Below are positions 7,511 to 16,553 of a DNA stretch of 48,367 nucleotides, in pieces; within the stretch, counting starts at the first letter, position 1, and each line of letters opens with the position of its first letter. A program made the translations under genes and the position numbers. Origin of the DNA: Bacteroidaceae bacterium (GTDB taxonomy: Bacteria > Actinomycetota > Coriobacteriia > Coriobacteriales > Atopobiaceae). The stretch spans positions 1 through 48,367 of the forward strand of contig CAVKOL010000002.1 in the NCBI GenBank assembly GCA_963658035.1. The letters run 5' to 3'. Below the pieces are notes generated by a model. That model ran no database searches. It worked only from the letters and a program-made list of their open reading frames with translations, and was not told the DNA's origin.

Positions 7511-10324
7511 TTACTTCTCCCCGTGAAGCTTGCGGGAGAGCCAGCCCTGCGGCTTGCCGGCCTCGCGCCAGCGCACCATGCCTACGTGGCGGCGCCAGAA
7601 GTACAGCGTCATCAGGGCAACAAACACTACGTCAAAGCCGGTGAAGACACCCTTGATCGTGCCGGCCAGGCCACTCGTCGCGGTCTCCAACGCGTCGGAG
7701 TTAGCCACCATGTACAGCACGTTGTGCGTGGCGCGGCGAAGCGCCTGGTGCCCGGCGGCGGTATCGGTAGTGTCAGCGGTCATCTGCAGGTCCTGCAGGA
7801 AGTTGAGGTTGAGGTCGTTGCCCGCGCGGAGGCTCCGGTTGACGTCAGAGGTCGCCGCGGCCATGGTGCAGTCGGTGACCACGGCGCCGCGGAAGCCCCA
7901 CTCGCCGCGCAGGACATCGGTCAACAATGCCGAGCTCTCGGCCGCGGGCGTGGTGCCCAGGCGGTTGTACGAGCTCATCATGCCCGTGTTGCCCGCTTCC
8001 TTAACGATGATCTCGAAGGGGCGCAGGTAAATCTCGCGGAAGGCCTGCTCGTTGAACCAGGTCACCAGGCCGCCGTCGCTGCGGTGGGTCTCCTGGTCGT
8101 TGGCGGCAAAGTGCTTGACGTAGCAGTAGACGCCGTTGTCCTGGATGGCCTTGGCCTCGGCGGCGATCACCTTGCCAGAAAGCAGGCCGTCCTCAGAGAC
8201 GTACTCGTAGTTGCGGCCGCCAAACGCGCTGCGGTGGATGTTGACGGCGGGCGCGTACAGGCCAGAGATCCCGTAGGCCTTGGCCTCGGCCGCAAAGACC
8301 TCGCCCAGGCGGGCCGCCAGCTCGCAGTTCCACGTCTGGCCCAGGACCGACTGGCCCGTAAGCTGCGTACCGTTTACGCCAACCATCAAATTGTTGATGC
8401 CGTTGGGGCCGTCGCACTCGGTGAGGGCAGGCTTGCCCACGCTCTCAATCGAGGTAGTGAGCCAACCGGCGTTGCCCACCAGGACCTCCATCTCGCCCAG
8501 GCTCACCTGGTCAAGAAGGTCGTCCCACTTGGCGTCGTCGTAGTCCAGGCCCTTCATATCAGCCAGGGTCAGGCCGTTCTTGGCACCGGTGGTGATGTCC
8601 TGGGTCTCGGAGTTGTCCAGGGGCGCGGGGTTGGTCAGGGCCTCTACCTGGGCGGCAGTGGCCTCCTTGGTCAGCGGCGAGACCTCGGTGGGCATGGTGC
8701 CCGCCCAATCGGCGCGGCTCAGGTAAACCAGGTCGTCACCAAAGCTCACGTCGTCAAAGAGGTTGGTCGCGGCCACGTCATCGCTGTCGCGCTTGCTGTC
8801 GTTGTCGTCGTTGTAGATGACGTCGGCGTCCACGTGCACGGTCTGGCTCGCCACCACGTGGTGCGAGTCGGTCTGCAGCTGGATGCCGTAGTCGCCGGCC
8901 TCAAGCACGTACGCGCCGCCGGAGGCCTTGACGCCCGTGTAGTCGTAGCTGGCCATATCCTCGCGGGCAAAGCTGATGCTCAGGGTCTGGGACTCGCCCG
9001 GCTCAAGCAACTTGGTCTTGTCAAAACCGGCGAGAACCACCGAGCTCTTCTCGATGCCGCCCTTGGTGTACGGCGCGGCAACGTAAATCTCGGCCACCTG
9101 CTTGCCGGCCACGGTGCCGGTGTTGGTCACGGTCACCTTGGCGGTGATGGTGGTGCCGTCGTCGGTCACAGAGTCCAGGGTCTGGTCAAACGTGGTGTAG
9201 GACAAACCGTAGCCAAAGGGGTACTGGACCGTGGTGTCGTAGTCGATGAAGCCGTCGGCCGCGGCGGTCTCGTAGTAGCGATAGCCCACGTAGATGCCCT
9301 CTTGGTACTCCACGTAGTGGTAGTTGTCGGCGCCGCTGGCCGCGTCGCCGGTGCCCGCGAACAACGCCGAGTTGGTGTACGTCGTGTTGGTGTAGTCGCG
9401 CCCGCCAAAGTTGTAGTAGCTGGGAGCCGACTCCACGGCGTACGGGAAGCTGTCCACCGTCTTGCCCGAGGGGTTGACGGCGCCGGTCAGCACGTTGCCG
9501 ATGGCGTTGCAGCCGGTGGCGCCCACGGTGCCCACCCACAGGGCCGCGTCGATGCCCTCGTCCTCAAGAAAGCCCAGCTCCATGGCGTTGGGGCTGTTGA
9601 GAACCACCACGACGCGGTCGAAGTTGGCCTTGGCAACGGCGAGAAGGTCCTCCTCGTTGGGGGTCAGCTCGAGGTAGCTGCGACCGGCCTCGGAGCCCTG
9701 GTAGTCGGCCATGTCGGTGGGAAGGTCGGTGCCCTCGCCGCCCTTGCGGGTAAAGACCACGATGGCCGTGCTGGAGTAGGCGCGGGCGTCGGCGGCCCAG
9801 CCCTCGTCGTAGCTGGACTGCGGCAGCTCGTAGAGGTTCCAGTCGGTGCCAACCAGGCCGTAGTCGATGGCCGAGGCGGCGCTGTTGTCGTAGAAGCTCT
9901 TGAGATCGGGGTTGACCTCGATGCCGGCATTAGCCAGGCCCTGGTAGAAGCTCACGTTGGAGGCCTCGTCGCCCGAGCCCGAGCCGGTGCCGCCGTAGCT
10001 AAAGTTGTTGCCCGCGGTGGAGCCCAGGACGTTTACCTTGGCAGAGCCGCCCAGCGGCAGCGCGTTGTTGTCGTTCTTAAGAAGGACGATGCCCTCGGCC
10101 TCGACCTCCTCGGTAAGGGCGGCCGTGGCGGCGCTGGCCGTCTGGCACTCCTCACTGGTGGTGTCGGTCACCTTGGTAAAGACGTCAACGATGTCCAGGT
10201 GCGGGGAAAGAAATCCCCAAAACGCCACGTTGAGCGCGACGATAACCGCCATCAGCAAGCACACAACAACCAACAAAGGCCTGTTGGGGCGACGTGGCAC
10301 GCGCGCTTTCTTCTCCTTTTCCAT
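7511..10324 (-). CDS. GH3 beta-glucosidase with permuted domain order (GH3_C, Fn3-like, GH3_N) and N- and C-terminal TM anchors
   Basis: 'EGIVLLKN', 'YQEGIYVGYRYYET', 'YPFGYGLSYT', 'GRNYEYVSEDG', 'KHFAANDQE', 'MMSSYN', nucleophile motif 'VVTDC'. Confidence 0.93.
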   Translation of the reverse strand: MEKEKKARVPRRPNRPLLVVVCLLMAVIVALNVAFWGFLSPHLDIVDVFTKVTDTTSEECQTASAATAALTEEVEAEGIVLLKNDNNALPLGGSAKVNVLGSTAGNNFSYGGTGSGSGDEASNVSFYQGLANAGIEVNPDLKSFYDNSAASAIDYGLVGTDWNLYELPQSSYDEGWAADARAYSSTAIVVFTRKGGEGTDLPTDMADYQGSEAGRSYLELTPNEEDLLAVAKANFDRVVVVLNSPNAMELGFLEDEGIDAALWVGTVGATGCNAIGNVLTGAVNPSGKTVDSFPYAVESAPSYYNFGGRDYTNTTYTNSALFAGTGDAASGADNYHYVEYQEGIYVGYRYYETAAADGFIDYDTTVQYPFGYGLSYTTFDQTLDSVTDDGTTITAKVTVTNTGTVAGKQVAEIYVAAPYTKGGIEKSSVVLAGFDKTKLLEPGESQTLSISFAREDMASYDYTGVKASGGAYVLEAGDYGIQLQTDSHHVVASQTVHVDADVIYNDDNDSKRDSDDVAATNLFDDVSFGDDLVYLSRADWAGTMPTEVSPLTKEATAAQVEALTNPAPLDNSETQDITTGAKNGLTLADMKGLDYDDAKWDDLLDQVSLGEMEVLVGNAGWLTTSIESVGKPALTECDGPNGINNLMVGVNGTQLTGQSVLGQTWNCELAARLGEVFAAEAKAYGISGLYAPAVNIHRSAFGGRNYEYVSEDGLLSGKVIAAEAKAIQDNGVYCYVKHFAANDQETHRSDGGLVTWFNEQAFREIYLRPFEIIVKEAGNTGMMSSYNRLGTTPAAESSALLTDVLRGEWGFRGAVVTDCTMAAATSDVNRSLRAGNDLNLNFLQDLQMTADTTDTAAGHQALRRATHNVLYMVANSDALETATSGLAGTIKGVFTGFDVVFVALMTLYFWRRHVGMVRWREAGKPQGWLSRKLHGEK

Positions 10325-10468
10325 TCTCTTCCCTTCTTCCCGTGGCTGGCGAGAAGACCTTCTCGCCGCCGTTTGTCACAGCGGGGCCGGGAGCGGCGCG
10401 GACCGAGCCTGGTCCCGCAATCTAACGTCGGCAGAAACTCTACGGGCCGGGCGGCGGGCACGGGGGCG

Positions 10469-10498
10469 GTTGACTTAAAATGCGCTGAGGGTGACTTA
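10469..10498 (-). promoter_or_regulatory. Candidate LytTR-binding direct repeats upstream of the GH3 gene
   Basis: TAAGTCA on minus strand at 10492-10498 and 10471-10477, period 21 bp; candidate -10 TAGATT at 10419-10424. Confidence 0.6.
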
Positions 10499-10576
10499 GT
10501 TGGAGACGCGCGAGCGGGCCGCCGCAGGCAGGTTGGCTTGGGCGCGCTGTGCGATAAAACGGGCGGAGGGACCGGC

Positions 10577-11296
10577 ATGTACAAGGCGATCATCGTGGAG
10601 GACGACCGCGAGGCGGCCAATACCCTGCGCAACCACCTGGCCCGCTTTGGCGCCGCCTCGGGCGTCGAGTTTTCCACCGAGGTCCTAACCAGTGCCCTTG
10701 AGCTGCTGGAAAGCTCGGGCCACCGCAGCTGCGACATCTACTTTTTGGACATTGGCCTGCCGGGCATCAATGGCATGGAGGCCGCCCAGATCATCCGCCA
10801 GACCGACGAGGTCACGCCCATCGTCTTTGTCACCGACCTGGCGCAGTATGCCGTGCGCGGGTACTCGGTAAACGCACTGGATTTCATGGTGAAGCCCGTG
10901 AGCTACCAGGACTTTGCCCTGCGCATGGGCCGAGCGCTTCGCGTGATGGCGAGAAACGACGGAGCCCGCGTGACGCTGCCCACGGCCACTGGCCTGCGCG
11001 TTGTTGCCCAGCGCGACGTGATTTTTGTCGAGATCATCAAGCACGACCTGTACTGGCACGTGGCCGGCGAGGCCGAGCCGCTGCGCATGCGCGGGTCGCT
11101 CAAGGCTGTGGAAGAGGAGCTGCCCGCCGCGCGCTTTTGCCGCATCGCCGCAGGTTACATCGTCAACATGGCCCACATCACGCGGGTCACGGGCGCGGCC
11201 GTCACGATGAGCGACGGCACCGAGCTGGCCATCTCGCGCTCGCGCAAGGCCGAGGCCATGACGGCCTTCTCACGTTTTGCGGGCGGGAGCATCTAA
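10577..11296 (+). CDS. LytTR family response regulator
   Basis: REC domain 'IIVEDD', 'YFLDIGLPGINGMEAA', 'FMVKPV'; LytTR domain 'FCRIAAGYIVNMAHI...LAISRSRK'; GGAGG RBS. Confidence 0.93.
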   Translation: MYKAIIVEDDREAANTLRNHLARFGAASGVEFSTEVLTSALELLESSGHRSCDIYFLDIGLPGINGMEAAQIIRQTDEVTPIVFVTDLAQYAVRGYSVNALDFMVKPVSYQDFALRMGRALRVMARNDGARVTLPTATGLRVVAQRDVIFVEIIKHDLYWHVAGEAEPLRMRGSLKAVEEELPAARFCRIAAGYIVNMAHITRVTGAAVTMSDGTELAISRSRKAEAMTAFSRFAGGSI

Positions 11297-12672
11297 TGGG
11301 CCAGACGGACGGCGTGTTTTTAGGCACCGACATCGCCCTGGGCGAGCCGTGGCACCTCATCGTGGTCTTTATCTTCATGCTGGCCCGCTTGTTTGGCGGG
11401 GTTCTTCTCTTTTCTTGGCGCGTGCCCAAAAAGCCGCGCTTTGCCCTGCGAACCGTGACGGTCATTGCCCTTTTGACCTGCGTTTACTTGGTGATTTTCC
11501 TGTGGCTGTTCGATATTGCGGCGCCTTCTGTTGGCTGGTACTACGTGGCCATCTACGCGTGTTTCTCGCTGCTTTTGGTCCTAAGCTACGCGGGGTTTCT
11601 TGTGCTGTTCGAGGCCTCGGCCTGGACGGCGCTGTTTTGCACCACGGCGGGCTACACCGTGTCTAACCTGGCCACGGGCGTCGCCGAGCTTGCGGCCACG
11701 GTGCAGCGCTTTGTTGGCATCGACCCCTCGGCGCCGGGGGTCTACCTGGTAAGCAACGCGCTGGCGCTGGGCGTTGTCTACGGCAGCTGTTACCTGCTGG
11801 TTGCCCGCCGGATCGACCACGAGGACCTGGCGCAGCTGGGCAACCGCGGCATGCTGGTCATGATGCCCATGGTAAGCCTGGCGATTATTGGCTTTGACGT
11901 GGTCATCAAGGCGCTGGACGGCAGCGGGATACCGCTTGGACTGAGCGTTGTTTTGCGCGCTCTGCACGGCCTGGCCTGTGTGAGCGTCATGTGGTCCGAG
12001 TACCAAATGCTCTTTAGGTCGCGGCTTGAGCACGAGCGCGAGGTCACCGAGCGGCTACTCGCCGAGCACGACCGCCAGCTGCGCTTTTCTCAGCAAAACA
12101 TCGAGGCAATCAACATCAAGTGCCACGACCTGCGGCACCAGATTCGCGCCTTGAGCAGCGGCGGGGCAGCGGTCGACGGTGCGGTGCTTGAGGACTTGGC
12201 GCGCACCGTGCGGATGTACGACTCTTCGGTGCAAACGGGCAACCAGGCGCTGGACACGATTTTGACCGAGAAGCGCCTGCTATGCGAGAGCCGCCACATC
12301 ACGCTGACCTGCATCGCCGACGGCGAGGCACTGGGCGGCGTGGCCGCGGCCGATATTTACTCGCTGTTTGGCAACGCGTTGGACAACGCAATCGAGGCTG
12401 TGGGCGAGCTGGACGACGCGGCGCGGCGCTCGATCACGCTGGTCGTGCGGCGGGTCATGGGCTGCGCGAGCATCCACGTGGAGAACTACTGCGCGGGCCC
12501 GCGGGAGCTGGGCGACGACGGGTTGCCCGTTACGACCAAAGAAGACCAGGTCAACCACGGTTTTGGGACCCGGTCGATGCAGGCCATTGCCAAGAAGTAC
12601 GGCGGGACCTTCTCGATTGCGGCCGGCGAGGACACCTTTGCGCTTGATGTCATGATCCCGCTGGAGGGGTAG
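11296..12672 (+). CDS. Membrane sensor histidine kinase (GHKL, AgrC/VirS-like)
   Basis: Multi-TM N-terminus, H-box 'KCHDLRHQI', N-box 'FGNALDNAIEA', G-box 'HGFGTRS'; TAATG overlap with the regulator. Confidence 0.92.
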   Translation: MGQTDGVFLGTDIALGEPWHLIVVFIFMLARLFGGVLLFSWRVPKKPRFALRTVTVIALLTCVYLVIFLWLFDIAAPSVGWYYVAIYACFSLLLVLSYAGFLVLFEASAWTALFCTTAGYTVSNLATGVAELAATVQRFVGIDPSAPGVYLVSNALALGVVYGSCYLLVARRIDHEDLAQLGNRGMLVMMPMVSLAIIGFDVVIKALDGSGIPLGLSVVLRALHGLACVSVMWSEYQMLFRSRLEHEREVTERLLAEHDRQLRFSQQNIEAINIKCHDLRHQIRALSSGGAAVDGAVLEDLARTVRMYDSSVQTGNQALDTILTEKRLLCESRHITLTCIADGEALGGVAAADIYSLFGNALDNAIEAVGELDDAARRSITLVVRRVMGCASIHVENYCAGPRELGDDGLPVTTKEDQVNHGFGTRSMQAIAKKYGGTFSIAAGEDTFALDVMIPLEG

Positions 12673-12689
12673 GCGCAGGATGCCGCAGA

Positions 12690-12832
12690 CACGAAATCGC
12701 GAAATGTGGTGTCTTGTCTGGTTTTAGCGAGTAGACCACCCGTTTTGGGTGACGTTTGCCCAGTTGGCGCAAAGCAAAATCGCTTGGCTACTGGGCAAAT
12801 CCGTACAAGACACCACATTTCGCGACTTCGTG
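12690..12832. repeat. 143-bp imperfect palindrome (28-bp outer arms, 1 mismatch)
   Basis: CACGAAATCGCGAAATGTGGTGTCTTGT ... ACAAGACACCACATTTCGCGACTTCGTG, with degenerate inner pairing. Confidence 0.85.
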
Positions 12833-12855
12833 AAGCGGCAAGTACGCGGGATACG

Positions 12856-12893
12856 AAAACCCGCCGCTCTCTGCACAGAGAACGGCGGGTTTT
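12856..12893. terminator. Bidirectional-type terminator between the kinase and surface protein genes
   Basis: AAAACCCGCCG...CGGCGGGTTTT hairpin flanked by A and T tracts. Confidence 0.75.
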
Positions 12894-12917
12894 ATAGGTT
12901 GGAGCTTTATCTACCGC

Positions 12918-15900
12918 TTAGGAGCGACGGCGAGAGAAGCGCGCGGCGCCCAGGCAGACGGCTGCGGCGGCGAGAAGGGCCGCAGCGCCGGTGAAGGACG
13001 CGTCGCCGGTGGCGGGGGTGCCCTTCTTCGAGGCCTTCTTGGTCTCGGTGGTCGTGGTGGTCTCGGTCTTGGTCGTGTCGTCGTCGGTCTTGGAGTCGTC
13101 CGACGCGGGCGCGGCGACCTTGACGGTCACGGACACGCCGAGGTCGAGGCCCTCGGTGTCCAGGTCGCCGTCATAGGCGACGCGGGTGACCGCGCCCTTG
13201 ACCTGCAGTTCCTGCGCAGTCGTCGCGCCGGCGTTGAAGCCCTCGACGGCCTCCCACTCGACGTCGCCCTCGGCGACCTCGCCGTTCTCGAGCTTGACCT
13301 CGACGGTCTTGGGAAGCTGCCAGTCGCCGGCCGCGGCGTCCTCGAAGGACACCTCGACGGCCTGGGGCTGCTCGACGCCCGTCGCCTTGAGGTCACGGGT
13401 CGCGGCGAAGGAAACAGCCAGGCAAAGCCTGCCGTCGACCACCGTGAAGCCGGAGGCCTCGACCTCGGGGTCGGTCACACCCGCGGCGGCGGTCACCTTG
13501 ATGGTGGCATTAGCGGAGAGGACCTGGTCGACGCCCTCGAGGCCCTCGGCGTCGGCCAGGTCGATCAGCGCGGTGTAGGCAGTGGAGAAGCCCGCCTTGC
13601 CGTTCTCAGACTCGGGCGACCAAGTGACGGGGCGGTCACCGTCATCGATGGCCTTGACGAGGTCGAATGTGCTGCCGTCGGAGCCCGTGAGCACGAGCGC
13701 GCTGACGCTGGTAGCCAGCGTGGCGCCCGCCGTGGGCGAGGGCTCGTCCATCTCGATCTCCACCTCGGTCACGACCGGGGTGTAGACGGCCACGAGCTGG
13801 TCGATGTCGCCGACCTCATCGAAGGGCACGGTCACGGTGCCGGCCACGTCGTCGTTGACCCAGCTATCCTCGACGCCCTCCCAGTTGCAGAAGTTGTAGC
13901 CTGCCTTGGCGGGCGCGATGATGACGACGTCGGCGTCGCCCTCGGTCCAGGACACGTCGAACTCGCCGAGCACGGCGCGGTCATCGGACTGCGGCACGGC
14001 CTCGTCGTCGGAAAGCGCCGCGACGGCCACGGCCTCGGAGTTACCGCCGCCCAAGCCGGCCTCGATCCCGCCGTTGACCATCTTGACGCTGACCTTGCCG
14101 CCCGTGGCCTCGTCCTCGGGCTTCTCGCCGTCGGTCTTATACGTGTTCGTGACGACGGTCAGGGCGCCGGTCGCGGAGTCGACCAGGGCGCTGTCGGGGT
14201 AGCATCCCTTATCGGAGTTGCCGGTCGTGACCGTCGTGGTTCCCCAGTTGAGGCTCTTGTCGAAGTACAGGGGGACGCTCTTGTCGCTGGCGCAGTAGAT
14301 GGTCGCCTGGTACTTAGTCCCGGGCTTGGCCGTGCCGCTGACCTGGGTCTTGGTGTCGCCGTCGACCTCGTACCAGGTCATCGACGCCGTGGCCCAGCCG
14401 TAGCCGCCAAAGCCGTGGTCGTCGCGGCGCACCTTGGCCGTCGCGGGGAAGGCCTGACCGGCGACGGGGGTGTCGATCCTGACCTCGACCTTCTCGGCGC
14501 GGTAAATATATCGAGGGATGGCGTTGACGTCGTTTTGCGGCATGGTGAAGTTAAGGACATTGTTATACAGGGCGTCGCCCGAGATGTAGTCGCCGACGGG
14601 GTGCAGACCGGTCGTACGGTCGGTATCCCAATACCAGAAGACCTTGTTGTCGTCCTTGGTCGCGGGCGTCACCAGGGTGACGGCGCTGCCGTTGCGGTAC
14701 TTACCTTGACTCTCGCCGTCGACCTTGGCCGTGAACTCCTTGGTGGTGTGGCGCTGCCAGGCGTCGCCGCCGCTGTCGGTGCCGTAGCTCACGTAGTAGC
14801 CGGACAGGTCGTAGAACAGGCAGTCCTTGGTCTCCGGCGTGAAGTTCTTCGCGATGCGACGGTCACCCGTGGTGCCGGTGCGCACGCCAACGGCCGAGCC
14901 CTCCTTCAGGCTGCCCGTGATGTAGGCCTTAGCCGAGCCGCCCCCGTTCTCGCGCAGGAAGACGTCGTCGGCATTGCCGGACTTATAACCACGGTTGTTG
15001 CCCTTGATCACGCACACGCCATTGAGCACGACGTCGTAGCTGTGCCAGACGTAGACGCCGCCGCCCTCGTAGTTGCCGCCGCTGTCGACGCTGCAGGAGT
15101 TGCCGGTGATGGTGCAGTTCTCGAAGGTGTTGCCGTCGTCGCAGACGTAGGCGCCGCCGCCCTCGTACTTGCACCAGTTGTCCTTGATCGTGCAGTTCTT
15201 GACCTTGGTGTTCTTGTGGTCCAGCTCGATGCCGCCGCCGTCGTAGGCGGAGTAGTTGTTAGTGATCGTGACCTTCTCGATCAGGCTGCTGCCATCCTTA
15301 TTATCGGACGTCTCGGCCACGTGAATGCCGCCGCCGCTTTGGTCCTTCTTGACCGTAGTCCTGGACGAGTAGACGGCCTTGTTGCCCGAGACGGTGCCGG
15401 TGCCGTCGCCGGTCAACGTGACGTTGCTCCCCGCAAAGTAAATGCCGCCGCCGGCGCCGGCGTGGTTGTTGTCGATGTGGGAACCGTTGGTCATTTTGAT
15501 GGTGGCGCCATCAAGCACGCGCACTCCGCCGCCGTGACCCCCAGTAGAGCCCCAGTTGTTGGAAATAGACGACGCGTCCATGTTGATGGTGACGCCGCCG
15601 CCGGTAGCGCAAACGCCGGCTCCGTCTATCGCGTTGCAGTGTTCGATCGACGCGCCGTTCTTCATATTGAGCGTCGTGTTGCCCGCAAGCGACACCGCTC
15701 CGTCGCCGTTGTCAGAGTTGTCGTCGACGGAGCTCCCGCTCCAGCCAATGCTTCCGGCGATGGTAACGCCGTCCAAGGTGACGGTAGCGCCGCCCCTTGC
15801 CCTGATTGTATTAACCCTGCCGTTCTTGCTGGTAATCAGGCCGCCGGTCGTCACCTCGTAGTCGTACTCTTTGCCGTCATCGTTGCTGTAGCCGCGGTAC

Positions 15901-16289
15901 GTGAAGGTGGCCTTCTTGCTTGAGGTCAGGACCAGCTCACCCTTTTCGTGTACGGAAAAGACTTGGCACTTGCTGGCATCGATGCGGTGGCCGTCCATGT
16001 CGACGGTGACCTTCTTGCCCTCGGGCACGTAAAGCCCGCCGCTAAGGTCCCAGTCGACCGTCATGACGAGAGTAGTGTCGCTGTTGGCGGCCTCGTCCAT
16101 AGCGTCCTGGAGATGCTCGTTGTCAAAGGATTTAGATCCAACCTTGGCGCAGTCGTAGGTTGTGCTTGTATCCTCATCTGCTAACGCGGCGGTGGGCAGC
16201 GCAAGGGCGCAGACCAGGGCGGTCATTGCCACCGCAAAGGCGGCGGCGAGAAGCCCGGGTCTTCTCAGCTTGGGCGGGTTTTGTCTCAT
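12918..16289 (-). CDS. Sortase-anchored surface protein with right-handed beta-helix (Pmp/pectin-lyase-like) repeats and Ig-like stalk domains
   Basis: GAGGAGG RBS; signal peptide ending ALA; repeated 'GGGI/GGGV/GGGA' with 'I..N.A' turns; C-terminal 'TPATG', hydrophobic helix and 'RRRS'. Confidence 0.85.
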   Translation of the reverse strand: MRQNPPKLRRPGLLAAAFAVAMTALVCALALPTAALADEDTSTTYDCAKVGSKSFDNEHLQDAMDEAANSDTTLVMTVDWDLSGGLYVPEGKKVTVDMDGHRIDASKCQVFSVHEKGELVLTSSKKATFTYRGYSNDDGKEYDYEVTTGGLITSKNGRVNTIRARGGATVTLDGVTIAGSIGWSGSSVDDNSDNGDGAVSLAGNTTLNMKNGASIEHCNAIDGAGVCATGGGVTINMDASSISNNWGSTGGHGGGVRVLDGATIKMTNGSHIDNNHAGAGGGIYFAGSNVTLTGDGTGTVSGNKAVYSSRTTVKKDQSGGGIHVAETSDNKDGSSLIEKVTITNNYSAYDGGGIELDHKNTKVKNCTIKDNWCKYEGGGAYVCDDGNTFENCTITGNSCSVDSGGNYEGGGVYVWHSYDVVLNGVCVIKGNNRGYKSGNADDVFLRENGGGSAKAYITGSLKEGSAVGVRTGTTGDRRIAKNFTPETKDCLFYDLSGYYVSYGTDSGGDAWQRHTTKEFTAKVDGESQGKYRNGSAVTLVTPATKDDNKVFWYWDTDRTTGLHPVGDYISGDALYNNVLNFTMPQNDVNAIPRYIYRAEKVEVRIDTPVAGQAFPATAKVRRDDHGFGGYGWATASMTWYEVDGDTKTQVSGTAKPGTKYQATIYCASDKSVPLYFDKSLNWGTTTVTTGNSDKGCYPDSALVDSATGALTVVTNTYKTDGEKPEDEATGGKVSVKMVNGGIEAGLGGGNSEAVAVAALSDDEAVPQSDDRAVLGEFDVSWTEGDADVVIIAPAKAGYNFCNWEGVEDSWVNDDVAGTVTVPFDEVGDIDQLVAVYTPVVTEVEIEMDEPSPTAGATLATSVSALVLTGSDGSTFDLVKAIDDGDRPVTWSPESENGKAGFSTAYTALIDLADAEGLEGVDQVLSANATIKVTAAAGVTDPEVEASGFTVVDGRLCLAVSFAATRDLKATGVEQPQAVEVSFEDAAAGDWQLPKTVEVKLENGEVAEGDVEWEAVEGFNAGATTAQELQVKGAVTRVAYDGDLDTEGLDLGVSVTVKVAAPASDDSKTDDDTTKTETTTTTETKKASKKGTPATGDASFTGAAALLAAAAVCLGAARFSRRRS

Positions 16290-16455
16290 GGGGGTCCTCC
16301 TCTTGGGACGGCGCGCGGGCACGTAAATGGTGTTGAGTTTAGCGGTTTTCAGGCGCCGTTTATGGCACAGAATCCCACCTGCAAAAATCGGGCTTGTCTG
16401 ACGGTTTTGGCCCTTTTCAGCTGCAGTTTGTTGGGTTGTCTGATGGCGCGGGCAC

Positions 16456-16498
16456 AAAAAAGGGGCTTGTCTGATGGTTGAGCATCAGACAAGCCCCT
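16456..16498 (-). terminator. Terminator of amtB-PII
   Basis: Perfect AGGGGCTTGTCTGATG / CATCAGACAAGCCCCT stem followed by a minus-strand U-tract. Confidence 0.85.
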
Positions 16499-16553
16499 AA
16501 AGTGCAGCGAGGTATCGCCCGCAGGGAAGGTGCGCTAAACCGCCCGCGTCGCG

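Noticed and set aside
7262..10576. Apparent 1,344-aa ORF fusing a long N-terminus to the LytTR regulator
   Set aside because: The upstream part is the antisense shadow of the GH3 gene; the real start is ATG 10577 with a GGAGG RBS
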